Shown here piece after piece: positions 39,894-48,590 of a stretch of 64,000 nt of DNA. The translations under genes were made by a program, and so were the position numbers. The stretch lies in IMG/VR virus record IMGVR_UViG_3300032304_000956, positions 5,829 through 69,828 of that record; one strand, given 5' to 3'. Numbering within the stretch: position 1 is the first letter of the stretch; every line of letters begins with the position of its first letter. Source of the stretch: a virus. The notes beneath the pieces are model-generated. The model worked only from the letters and a program-made list of their open reading frames with translations, searched no databases and was not told the DNA's origin.

Positions 39894-41293
39894 TGGAAAC
39901 ATTTAAAATAAATGGACTTGATTATGAATGTGAATTTAAACTTAAAAATGCCGATGGCTTAGAAGTTGAATTCACAAAATCAGCTATTCGAGGAATGACA
40001 TTAGTTGATAACTTTTTCGAACCATTCGAAAGTGGCACCATAAGTATTGCAAATCCATATGACTTCATAGAAAACGATAAGTTTTTCTTAAGAGGTGATG
40101 GTAGAGATCGTATTAGAATTTACTTCAAATTGAAGACAGATCCAGATGAACGTAAATACGACAACACGTTTGCTATTATAGATGAGTCGAATCATGGCAA
40201 TCCAGTTACTCGGTCTTCAAATATTAAAACTTTTAAGTTGGTAGATGAAAAAGCTATACCATTTATGGAACAAATTCCATACAATAAAAAATACGAAGGT
40301 AAAGTCGGTGATTTAATTAAAGAATTGTTTGTGGAGTTATTGGGTGGTAGTTATGTAAATTCTGGAAAATGGGAATCTGGTGATTTCACTTTAACTTATA
40401 TACCTCCTGTAAACTGGAGATATCTCGATCTTCTTTATCATTTCTTGCGTATCTTTTACATGAAGTCCGGGGACATTCATACAAAAGCATTTATAAATTA
40501 CGATCATATCACCAAACAATTCTCGTTCACTTCTCTTACAAAAATATTCCAAGACAATCAAAAACCAGAAAATCTACTGGACGCATTTGCCTTGGGCGAT
40601 TTGTCGTATGGAGGCGCTGATACAAATAACCCAAACAACCCCCCTACTGGTGGTGAAGTTAATAGGAACAAGCCTGACCCCACCTCTAATATCAGTTATT
40701 CAACTCCTTTTTACTCAGTAACCAATGAATTCTTTGTTAGTCGATTGGTGCATGGATACGATCCAATTTCAGGAGAACAAAAAATTAAAAAAGTTGATAT
40801 CTATAAATTGAAACCGAAATGGAAAACTCAATTTGTTGATGTGTTTAGATCTCTCGGAGGTGAAGTGTTGCCATTCCTTGTTTTAAACGAGAGTAATAAG
40901 AAGAAATTCGTGCATTTCAGACTTCCATATCCTATCGAAGATAGTGTTAAATTAGTAGAAGCTGAAATGACATCAGCGTTGGTATTTTATAATCTACAAT
41001 CAACATTTAGCAATATCGGAGACTCTAAGCGAACTAGCGGAAAATTTATGGACATCTATTCTACTAGAGGCGCTGAGATATTTAGAAGTGATGAAAAATT
41101 ATTAGGCCGATGGTTTGTGAGCGAACTTCGCCACGTTTTTGTAGGAGATCTTTATCAAAATCAAATGATGTGTTGTAAAACGTATGTTGGTCCGACCGCA
41201 ACAAAGAGTAAAAATATATTGAAATTGAATTTAGAAAGAAATAAAGAGCTTGATACCAGAAAACAAAATTTGTATTCTGATACTGTGATATAA
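39893..41293 (+). CDS. baseplate hub protein (gp27-like)
   Basis: DNFFEPFESGTISI...GDGRD, GRWFVSELRHVF. Confidence 0.65.
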   Translation: METFKINGLDYECEFKLKNADGLEVEFTKSAIRGMTLVDNFFEPFESGTISIANPYDFIENDKFFLRGDGRDRIRIYFKLKTDPDERKYDNTFAIIDESNHGNPVTRSSNIKTFKLVDEKAIPFMEQIPYNKKYEGKVGDLIKELFVELLGGSYVNSGKWESGDFTLTYIPPVNWRYLDLLYHFLRIFYMKSGDIHTKAFINYDHITKQFSFTSLTKIFQDNQKPENLLDAFALGDLSYGGADTNNPNNPPTGGEVNRNKPDPTSNISYSTPFYSVTNEFFVSRLVHGYDPISGEQKIKKVDIYKLKPKWKTQFVDVFRSLGGEVLPFLVLNESNKKKFVHFRLPYPIEDSVKLVEAEMTSALVFYNLQSTFSNIGDSKRTSGKFMDIYSTRGAEIFRSDEKLLGRWFVSELRHVFVGDLYQNQMMCCKTYVGPTATKSKNILKLNLERNKELDTRKQNLYSDTVI

Positions 41294-41301
41294 TTAATAA
41301 T

Positions 41302-42258
41302 ATGCGTAATCAAATAGAACTTCTAAGAACTGTGTTATTCACAAAGGATGATTTATCCAATGTGGAGAACTTAAACGTTCTTGCCAATTTCTCAGACAAA
41401 GAGATTGAATTCATGGAAGAGTTCAAAAAGGTATTTGAACTTGGGTTAAATCAATTGGAAAAATTCATCAATAAATTAAACGATGAAGGTTCTCAATTAG
41501 ACGAATACAGTATCAAATACTATGTATCCCAATTGTTGGCATCTCCATTGGCATCACATGCTGCTACTCTAGGTGAAGGTAAAAATTATTTCATTCAAAC
41601 TCCTAGCTGTATGGGAAGCTGTGGTAATGTTCAGTTTGGATGCAGCAGCACCCCAATTACTCCAAAAGCCAATGTTCCAAATGGCACATCAAATGATATT
41701 CAGAATAAACTGCCTCCATTTCTTAAAACTCTTATTAAGAACTCTGTGAGTCAGAGCGAAGAAGTTTTTAGAAGCGGTATGAGTGGTAGCATTTTTGCTG
41801 ACAATACTTTACCTCTTGTAGACAAGAATCCTCAAGGTAGATATAATTCAGAATCGAGCGGTAGTTGGCTCAATACAGCACACGGTTCGTATTGTGTTAA
41901 AGATACAGGCACAGCAGCCGTTTTAAACGCATCAAGTTCAAATATTTTTAATCAAGTATCCAATTACTTAAACTCTGAGAATTATAGACTTTTTGTAGAC
42001 AACAAGACCTATAATCCATTTGACATTAACAGTAACACTTCAAATTCTAAGAACTATGAAATCAATAAAAAATACACTAACGAGAGCGGAGCCACAGAAA
42101 CCCTTACATGCGACCTTTTTGGAAATGTCATTGATTCGTTTGATCAACGAAGTAAGTCTTTCAAGGTGGATGGTGTTGATAAGAATGTTGAATACTATCT
42201 GAACAGCAACCAAGGACAGCTTGGCGCAAAACCGTCAAATGTCAATAACGTCGTCTGA
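41302..42258 (+). CDS. hypothetical protein
   Basis: 318-aa ORF ending the tail operon. Confidence 0.55.
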   Translation: MRNQIELLRTVLFTKDDLSNVENLNVLANFSDKEIEFMEEFKKVFELGLNQLEKFINKLNDEGSQLDEYSIKYYVSQLLASPLASHAATLGEGKNYFIQTPSCMGSCGNVQFGCSSTPITPKANVPNGTSNDIQNKLPPFLKTLIKNSVSQSEEVFRSGMSGSIFADNTLPLVDKNPQGRYNSESSGSWLNTAHGSYCVKDTGTAAVLNASSSNIFNQVSNYLNSENYRLFVDNKTYNPFDINSNTSNSKNYEINKKYTNESGATETLTCDLFGNVIDSFDQRSKSFKVDGVDKNVEYYLNSNQGQLGAKPSNVNNVV

Positions 42259-42741
42259 TGGTTTTGCATCTTTTGGCTGCTTATCAGCCAATTTTTGCTG
42301 AATCATGATTTTGAAAAGTTCCTCACGGCTCATTGTAATGCGATGATTTTCTTCGCGTTCTTGAGTTTCTTTCTTGCTTTCAATGTCCATCTCTTTGATC
42401 TTGATCGCAGTTTGATTTTTATTGTCAGCGATGTTTCTTTTCTGCAATACTTCAAGGTTTCCTTGGAATGATTTAGCAAGCTCTGCAAGGGCTACAACCT
42501 GCTTGTCGTCTCCTGTTTGGCGAACTATTTCTGTCTGACTCTTAAGAGCGTCAGCAAGCTCTATGACCGCAATGGAGCCGTATTTAAGCACAAACGCATC
42601 AACCTGTTCTGGAGTGAGTTCAGGATATTCACGTTCTACATTTTTCAAGCTTTTTGTTTGATTTTTGAGTTGGTTGATGATGTCATTGGCAACGTCGTCA
42701 AGTTCCGCATCTAAATCGTCATCGTCTGCAAAGTATTCCAT
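42235..42741 (-). CDS. terminase small subunit (gp16-like)
   Basis: Helical VALAELAKSF core, C-terminal MSREELFKIM; TAAATA 5 nt upstream of ATG 42741. Confidence 0.55.
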   Translation of the reverse strand: MEYFADDDDLDAELDDVANDIINQLKNQTKSLKNVEREYPELTPEQVDAFVLKYGSIAVIELADALKSQTEIVRQTGDDKQVVALAELAKSFQGNLEVLQKRNIADNKNQTAIKIKEMDIESKKETQEREENHRITMSREELFKIMIQQKLADKQPKDAKPSDDVIDI

Positions 42742-42801
42742 AGTGTTATTTAACCACAGAAAAAGGATTTGACAAGTGAGCATTTGGTGCTAAATGTAGG
42801 T

Positions 42802-43791
42802 ATGCTCAATCTGAATCACAAAAACATATTAATTACTGGAGGTAATGGATTTATTGGAAGTAATTTTATAGAATATATTAATAAACATTATACTTATGTT
42901 AATATTATAAATATAGATAAACAAGGAGTGGGATGGAGAGAAATAAGGTCTATTAAGTTTATTAATCATAATACTTATACTGAAATAGTTCGTAGTGTAT
43001 GTGATATTGATAATATTGGGGGATATATAGATACTATTGATTATGATTATGTATTCCATTTTGCAGCAGAATCTCATGTAGATAGATCTATTACCAATCC
43101 ATCATCCTTTGTATACAATAATTCTTATGGGACTGCTGTATTATTGGAATATCTATTAAAGAAAAAGTCTAACGCTAGAATTATCTGTATTTCTACAGAT
43201 GAAGTGTATGGCCATTTACACTTAGATGATCCTGCATTTACAGAGGATACTCCTCTCAATCCAAGAAGTCCATATTCTTCTTCTAAAGCTGCTAGTGATT
43301 TAATTGCATTGTCATTCCAAAGCACATTTGGTATAGATATTATTGTTACTCGTTGTTGTAATAATTTTGGACCGCATCAGAATGATGAGAAATTCATTCC
43401 TACCATTATTAAGAATGTTGTAAATGGTAAGAAGATTCCTGTTTATGGTCAAGGCACCAATATTAGAGAGTGGATTCACGTTGATGACCACAATAAGAGT
43501 ATTCTTGAAATTGCTGAAAGTGGCGAATCTGGTAAAGTATACAACATTGGCAGCGGTGTGGAAAAAACAAATTTGGAATTGATTCGAGAAATCATTGACA
43601 TTCTGCATCCAGATGCTACGGTCGATTCAAATTCATTCATCGAATTCGTAGAAGATCGTAAAGGTCATGATTTTCGCTATGCTATTGATACAGTAAATTA
43701 CACCAGAGCATTTGAACCAATGGACTTCAGCTATGCTTTAAAGGCGACCGTTGAATTCTACAAAAACAAATTCACCCCTAGCACATCATGA
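42802..43791 (+). CDS. rmlB: dTDP-glucose 4,6-dehydratase
   Basis: ITGGNGFIGSNF, HFAAESHVDRSI, STDEVYG, PYSSSKA, NIREWIHV, DRKGHDFRYAI. Confidence 0.95.
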   Translation: MLNLNHKNILITGGNGFIGSNFIEYINKHYTYVNIINIDKQGVGWREIRSIKFINHNTYTEIVRSVCDIDNIGGYIDTIDYDYVFHFAAESHVDRSITNPSSFVYNNSYGTAVLLEYLLKKKSNARIICISTDEVYGHLHLDDPAFTEDTPLNPRSPYSSSKAASDLIALSFQSTFGIDIIVTRCCNNFGPHQNDEKFIPTIIKNVVNGKKIPVYGQGTNIREWIHVDDHNKSILEIAESGESGKVYNIGSGVEKTNLELIREIIDILHPDATVDSNSFIEFVEDRKGHDFRYAIDTVNYTRAFEPMDFSYALKATVEFYKNKFTPSTS

Positions 43792-43934
43792 CAGCAACAG
43801 AAGAATCCAAATTGATCGATTACATCGAAACCACGATCAATGAATTTAAAAAGATCGCAATCGTTGAGATCGAAGATTACGATGACGTTGTTTATAAAAT
43901 TAAAATCGCTGTAGAAAACTATAAAAAAATATGA
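43788..43934 (+). CDS. small hypothetical protein
   Basis: Manual ORF MTATEESKLIDYIE...; ATGA overlaps on both sides. Confidence 0.55.
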   Translation: MTATEESKLIDYIETTINEFKKIAIVEIEDYDDVVYKIKIAVENYKKI

Positions 43935-44191
43935 GCAGGAATGATATTACAGGAGATGAAATCAAGTCCAAGGTGGCGTCCAACGAATACAGAACCAATT
44001 ATGACAATATCTTTAAAAAGCAAAACGCTTTTAAATGGCTGGCGGAAATCTACGGCGAAACAGCGGAATTTGTGGATACCAAAGGTTGGTATATTGACAA
44101 TACCGATCTTGTGTGTAAAATCACCAAATCTGAATTTGAACGTCGCTGTGACAACAGCCAAATCCAATTCAATATGGATTACGATCAATAA
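43931..44191 (+). CDS. hypothetical protein
   Basis: RNDITGDEIKSK..YRTNYDNIF phage motif. Confidence 0.6.
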   Translation: MSRNDITGDEIKSKVASNEYRTNYDNIFKKQNAFKWLAEIYGETAEFVDTKGWYIDNTDLVCKITKSEFERRCDNSQIQFNMDYDQ

Positions 44192-44193
44192 TA

Positions 44194-44217
44194 AAACACT
44201 GACCTACTTTACGTTCC
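44194..44217 (+). promoter_or_regulatory. AAACACTG-N3-TAnnnT promoter, copy 1
   Basis: aaacactg acc tacttt acgttcc ATG. Confidence 0.65.
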
Positions 44218-44655
44218 ATGGGCAAACTATTCGACAAACACAAAATCCTTCACGGGCTTCCGAAGGTCGGTCAAAAGATCAAGTTTCGAGAAGCTGCTAA
44301 GTTCGCGTTCATTCCACAAACCGCTCAAGCTGAGTTTAACTTGCTAGAGAAGGGTCAAGAATATACAGTTCGTGAAGTCGAACTGAACTCTTCAACCACT
44401 TACGTTTGGTTGGAAGAATTTCCCGATGATGGTCCAAGTGAAGTATTCTTCAACATGCATTCTTTTGAATGGGACGCACCTGAACTTGATCCTGAAGAGC
44501 TTATCGGTTTTTACGATAGCGATCTTGGTATTCTTAGATACAAGAGGCCAAATATTGGTATCGAAATTGACGGAGAACTTCGATATGAAGGAACGCCAAC
44601 ATACTCATTTGAGACGAAAGACTGTCGAATTATAAATGCTAAAATTAAAAATTGA
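44218..44655 (+). CDS. hypothetical protein
   Basis: 145-aa ORF directly after the promoter motif. Confidence 0.6.
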   Translation: MGKLFDKHKILHGLPKVGQKIKFREAAKFAFIPQTAQAEFNLLEKGQEYTVREVELNSSTTYVWLEEFPDDGPSEVFFNMHSFEWDAPELDPEELIGFYDSDLGILRYKRPNIGIEIDGELRYEGTPTYSFETKDCRIINAKIKN

Positions 44656-44819
44656 AAAGCATAAAAAGAATTTAGAGAATTTGGGCAAAGGCGATGGGTC
44701 CGAAAGTAACTGATCATGATGGAGAAGCAGACATTGCTGCAATCATACGAACTGTGTTCTGGGTGGTTAACCTCATTACCTGCTTCTTTATTATCGCTAA
44801 CACAATAAGACACTGGTAA
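44652..44819 (+). pseudogene. small membrane protein gene (WRIWAKA...IRHW family) with in-frame TAG
   Basis: LKSIKRI*RIWAKAMG...EADIAAIIRT...IRHW; TAG at 44673-44675 where Trp (TGG) is expected. Confidence 0.55.
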
Positions 44820-44821
44820 GC

Positions 44822-45034
44822 ATGAATACAATAGATGAACGAATCGTTGAGATTGAAAAATTGTTCCCTCACGCCGAAGGAATTCATGGGACGACCATAA
44901 CCCGAATTCTTACTCAAGACCGTGGACAAATTTGGTCTATTGGATTTGGCGCGATGTATCAACCGAAACGTTTTTTTGAAGGGTTGACAATCGAAGAAGC
45001 GTTGTATAATGCAGAGAAAGAATACTTCAATTAA
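44822..45034 (+). CDS. hypothetical protein
   Basis: 70-aa ORF abutting pth2. Confidence 0.55.
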   Translation: MNTIDERIVEIEKLFPHAEGIHGTTITRILTQDRGQIWSIGFGAMYQPKRFFEGLTIEEALYNAEKEYFN

Positions 45035-45445
45035 ATGGATACAAAACAAGTCATCGTAATGCGCAAAGATCTGAACATGCGCAAAGGAAAAATGATTGCG
45101 CAAGGCAGTCACGCCAGCATGGCATTCCTCACGAAAGGAATGTATTGGGCATCTGTGAATGATGGGTTCGAATTTTCCACGGAGACAATTTACGATTGGC
45201 GAGAAGTAGAAGAAATCAATCACTGGCTTAACAATTCATTTCGTAAAATTTGTGTCTATGTGAACAGCGAAGAAGAACTTCGTGAATTACATCAGAAGGC
45301 ACTTGACAATGGTTTGATCTCTCATATGATCACTGACAACGGAGCAACCGAATTCAATGGAGTTCCTACAATGACATGCTGCGCAATCGGACCACATTTT
45401 TGTCATAAATTTGAAGGGTTGACTGATCATTTACCACTACTATAA
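45035..45445 (+). CDS. pth2: peptidyl-tRNA hydrolase, Pth2 type
   Basis: KQVIVMRKDLNMRKGKMIAQGSHA, KICV, DNGATEF, AIGP, TDHLPLL. Confidence 0.9.
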   Translation: MDTKQVIVMRKDLNMRKGKMIAQGSHASMAFLTKGMYWASVNDGFEFSTETIYDWREVEEINHWLNNSFRKICVYVNSEEELRELHQKALDNGLISHMITDNGATEFNGVPTMTCCAIGPHFCHKFEGLTDHLPLL

Positions 45446-46309
45446 GTAACTCCAATACAATTTCATAGACGTTCTCATGAAAGGTTTCGCTAAAGCTTGA
45501 TTTATAGAGGATGAGTCACAATCATATTCTCTAGCAGCTTCGGAAATAAAATCAAATTCTTTGATCAAATTTTTCTGCTTATCATAACAAGCGACCCTTC
45601 TATGTTTCATATGAATTCTTTTTTCAATTTTTGGATCGTAGGTCGTCCACCCTTTGTGGCTTTTGTATCTATCTGGCGTTGTAAATAGACGGTGTATGAC
45701 TTTTTCATTTAAATTATATTTTCTGGCAAATGCGCACATATTTTCCCCAACTTTAACCTCTCCATAGTCTTTATGATATAACACTCTATTTTTTCTGTTT
45801 AATTCAGATTGATCATATTCCAACTCTGCTGAACACCATCCTTTCATTTGTTTCTTTTTACCTTTTAATAATTTTGCCATAGATGACCTATCAACATCTA
45901 TATACTCAGATGCATTTGTTATACTCGAAAAGGTTAAAATTTCACCAGTATAGATATTTTTAATTTTACATGGTATCACTCCCTGTCCTAGAGTTCCATC
46001 TCCACCATCGGTTAAATTGAATAACAGAGTTCCATTAGATTTAAATTTTTTAATAGTGACAATTTCTTTAAGCTTTAATTCTTCAAAAGTTAAATTCTCA
46101 CAAATCTCTAGGATGCTGAAAATTAAGTCTTCAAATCCATATTTATTAACATGATTCTGTAGAATAATATTTTTGTGTTTCTGAGATGCCAGCGAGTTTT
46201 TGTGATATTGCCATCTTCGATCTATAGAATTTGCAATCCCGATATAAACTCTTTTAGTTTGTTGACTTTCTATTTTGTAGAGTCCTCGAATTTGTGGTCT
46301 TTTAGCCAT
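45440..46309 (-). CDS. GIY-YIG (Seg-like) homing endonuclease
   Basis: GLYKI...VYIGIA..RRW..H, FNLTDGGDG, NUMOD1-like tail; TAAATA 5 nt before ATG 46309. Confidence 0.85.
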   Translation of the reverse strand: MAKRPQIRGLYKIESQQTKRVYIGIANSIDRRWQYHKNSLASQKHKNIILQNHVNKYGFEDLIFSILEICENLTFEELKLKEIVTIKKFKSNGTLLFNLTDGGDGTLGQGVIPCKIKNIYTGEILTFSSITNASEYIDVDRSSMAKLLKGKKKQMKGWCSAELEYDQSELNRKNRVLYHKDYGEVKVGENMCAFARKYNLNEKVIHRLFTTPDRYKSHKGWTTYDPKIEKRIHMKHRRVACYDKQKNLIKEFDFISEAAREYDCDSSSINQALAKPFMRTSMKLYWSYL

Positions 46310-46323
46310 ACATGTATTTACAC

Positions 46324-46351
46324 TTGACAATCCAAAAATCCATGATATTAT
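46324..46351 (+). promoter_or_regulatory. sigma70-like early promoter
   Basis: TTGACA-16 nt-TATTAT with an extended TG. Confidence 0.55.
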
Positions 46352-46550
46352 GAATAAAAATATGAAACCGATAAAGTCTGAACAAGAAATTAATATAATC
46401 CGAGGTAAAATGATGTGCGGTCATGCGACTGTCGAAGATCTCCACGATTTTTTATACTATGTTTCTAAATTGGAAAGTATGGTGCAAGAAGCGTCTGATG
46501 AAGATTTCTATGGCACTGAAGGATGGGAACATTACATCGGATGGTCTTAA
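46350..46550 (+). CDS. hypothetical protein
   Basis: 66-aa ORF (start may be 46362). Confidence 0.55.
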   Translation: MNKNMKPIKSEQEINIIRGKMMCGHATVEDLHDFLYYVSKLESMVQEASDEDFYGTEGWEHYIGWS

Positions 46551-46562
46551 AAACTAAACTAC

Positions 46563-46601
46563 AATTTTGAAGGGATCACTGATAAACTACCATTACTATG
46601 A
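46563..46601 (+). pseudogene. duplicated pth2 3' end
   Basis: Encodes NFEGITDKLPLL* versus KFEGLTDHLPLL* at the end of pth2. Confidence 0.7.
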
Positions 46602-47071
46602 AACATATTTTAGATAGGCTAACGGCAAATTTCAATGAACGTCTTAAAGGTTTGGAGGTTGCATTTGAGAAACACAAAGATTGGGAAGTTCTCAAACGAA
46701 CATTAAACCTGCGTTCCCAAAGCTGTTATAAGTTGTTTGGTGTAGGCAACACAACACTTGAAGATGTTGAATACTTATTTGCACTATTCATTAATTGTTT
46801 TCTTGATGACTCTACAATGGTTATTAAGAAAATAACAAATTCTTACTATGAAGTTCGGCATTTTACTTATGGTGATGATGATTATATTGGAATTAGAGAA
46901 TCTGAAATGCTTGAAGTTCTCAGTTTGATCGAAAGATACGAAGAATGTTACGATGAGAACGACAAATTCATTGACAATGACCAAGGTAAGCATTACTATT
47001 CACTCGTCCGCGCCGTCAAAGCAAAAATAAAAGAACTAGAAACAAAACAAGAAGAAACCAAATGGAGATGA
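46598..47071 (+). CDS. hypothetical protein
   Basis: 157-aa ORF. Confidence 0.6.
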   Translation: MKHILDRLTANFNERLKGLEVAFEKHKDWEVLKRTLNLRSQSCYKLFGVGNTTLEDVEYLFALFINCFLDDSTMVIKKITNSYYEVRHFTYGDDDYIGIRESEMLEVLSLIERYEECYDENDKFIDNDQGKHYYSLVRAVKAKIKELETKQEETKWR

Positions 47072-47099
47072 ACAACACGCTCAAGACTTGAGAGATTTC

Positions 47100-47261
47100 A
47101 TGGTAGCGATGAATGACTTTGACAAAGAACATAAATTGATTGACTACAAATTTATGTCTGGTAGCGATGTCAATTCTGCTACACCTGATCAATTTCTTAT
47201 TGCCGCTGCAAAATTACTTCAGAGCGAAGGTGAACAATTCGAAGAAAGAGACAGACTATGA
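47100..47261 (+). CDS. small hypothetical protein
   Basis: Manual ORF MVAMNDFDKEHK...; ATGA overlap with the next gene. Confidence 0.45.
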   Translation: MVAMNDFDKEHKLIDYKFMSGSDVNSATPDQFLIAAAKLLQSEGEQFEERDRL

Positions 47262-47524
47262 CAAGCACAATTAAAGAACTAATAAAATCACAAAACCTTC
47301 TTATCTGTCCAGCTTGTGATGGCGAAGGGGAAATCGGATATTTCTGTGGTCATGAGACGACCACGAATTGCTATCATTGTGCAGGTCATGGAATGATCCG
47401 CTCTCTAAAGAAACAAAAGCAAAGTAAAAAATGTAGTATCTGCAAAGGTAGAGACGGTGGATGTGGAGGCTGCAACTCTAATCCTAAAGGGCTTATTGAA
47501 TGGGAAAGTTACGAATTAATATGA
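47258..47524 (+). CDS. DnaJ-type zinc-finger protein
   Basis: CPACDGEG, CYHCAGHG, CSICKG, CGGC. Confidence 0.65.
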   Translation: MTSTIKELIKSQNLLICPACDGEGEIGYFCGHETTTNCYHCAGHGMIRSLKKQKQSKKCSICKGRDGGCGGCNSNPKGLIEWESYELI

Positions 47525-47694
47525 AAGAAAAAACATTATACTATCTTGTAGCATGGGCAGATGATCGGTCCACATCATACAATTGGGTATCAATTGAAGA
47601 TATTCAAAAGAATCCTGACAAATATTCACACAGTCGATGCACAATCTATCAAAAAGTAGACATAGAACAACTATTAAAGAATGAAAAAAATTAA
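47521..47694 (+). CDS. hypothetical protein
   Basis: ATGA overlap with the upstream gene. Confidence 0.5.
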   Translation: MKEKTLYYLVAWADDRSTSYNWVSIEDIQKNPDKYSHSRCTIYQKVDIEQLLKNEKN

Positions 47695-47971
47695 ATCTAA
47701 AGAACTGTTGAGGCTTGAAATTGAAGGTAGTCTTGACGACACTATAAAACAATTAGAAGATTACAAAAAGAGATATTCTGAATATACAAATCTTAGAATT
47801 GTAGAAGAGAGTGTATATGAAGGTGGTTATTATTATGATCTGTATGGTGATAAACTTGAAACTGATTTAGAAGAAAGCAATCGAATTGCCGCTGAAAAAG
47901 AACGTGATGAACGTCGATTGGAATACGAACGCAAACAATACGAAGCGTTAAAGGCAAAATTTGAAAAATAA
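47681..47971 (+). CDS. hypothetical protein
   Basis: ETDLEE...ERKQYEALKAKFE phage motif. Confidence 0.6.
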   Translation: MKKIKSKELLRLEIEGSLDDTIKQLEDYKKRYSEYTNLRIVEESVYEGGYYYDLYGDKLETDLEESNRIAAEKERDERRLEYERKQYEALKAKFEK

Positions 47972-47973
47972 TC

Positions 47974-48117
47974 ATGATTGACTTTCTCACACACTCATAT
48001 ACAATAACAATGCCACTATGGGGCTGGGTGCTATCAGCATTGGCGGTTTCAGCAGCATTGATTGTTGGGACATTTTTATTCATCTGTGCAACCTGCATGT
48101 CAGGCTTTAAATTCTAA
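47974..48117 (+). CDS. small membrane protein
   Basis: Manual ORF MIDFLTHSYTITMPLWGWVLSALAVSAALIVGTFLFICATCMSGFKF. Confidence 0.5.
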   Translation: MIDFLTHSYTITMPLWGWVLSALAVSAALIVGTFLFICATCMSGFKF

Positions 48118-48128
48118 CTACTAAACAA

Positions 48129-48578
48129 ATGAACCTATTCTTAGACGACATCCGTTTTCCGAAAGACGCTTGGATCTACCCAAGACGAGACGAAAAAAAG
48201 CAAATCATTTCTGGTAAATCCCTCGAAAATATTTGTGGTATTCCCAATGGTAATTGGGATATTGTTCGAACTTATAAAGATTTCGTAGCGTATATTGAGA
48301 AGAACGGTATTCCTGATGTGATCAGCTTTGATCACGACTTATCCGATGAGATGAAGCGATATTACCATGTAGTAACAAGCAAAACTGGCATAATTAACTA
48401 TGATGATATAACTACCAAAAGCGGCAAACATTGCGCTGAATATTTGATTGACAAGTGGAACGAGTCTGGTAGGATCAAAACTCCAACCTGCTACGTTCAC
48501 AGCGCAAACCAATGGGGAGCGAAAAACATCAAAGAAGTCTTAAAGCAACTTTGGCTTGACGGAGAAGAAACACAATAA
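48129..48578 (+). CDS. cyclic-phosphate-processing receiver-domain protein
   Basis: LFLDDIR, ISFDHDL, SGKHCAEYL, VHSANQWG. Confidence 0.75.
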   Translation: MNLFLDDIRFPKDAWIYPRRDEKKQIISGKSLENICGIPNGNWDIVRTYKDFVAYIEKNGIPDVISFDHDLSDEMKRYYHVVTSKTGIINYDDITTKSGKHCAEYLIDKWNESGRIKTPTCYVHSANQWGAKNIKEVLKQLWLDGEETQ

Positions 48579-48590
48579 AACTAAATTACT

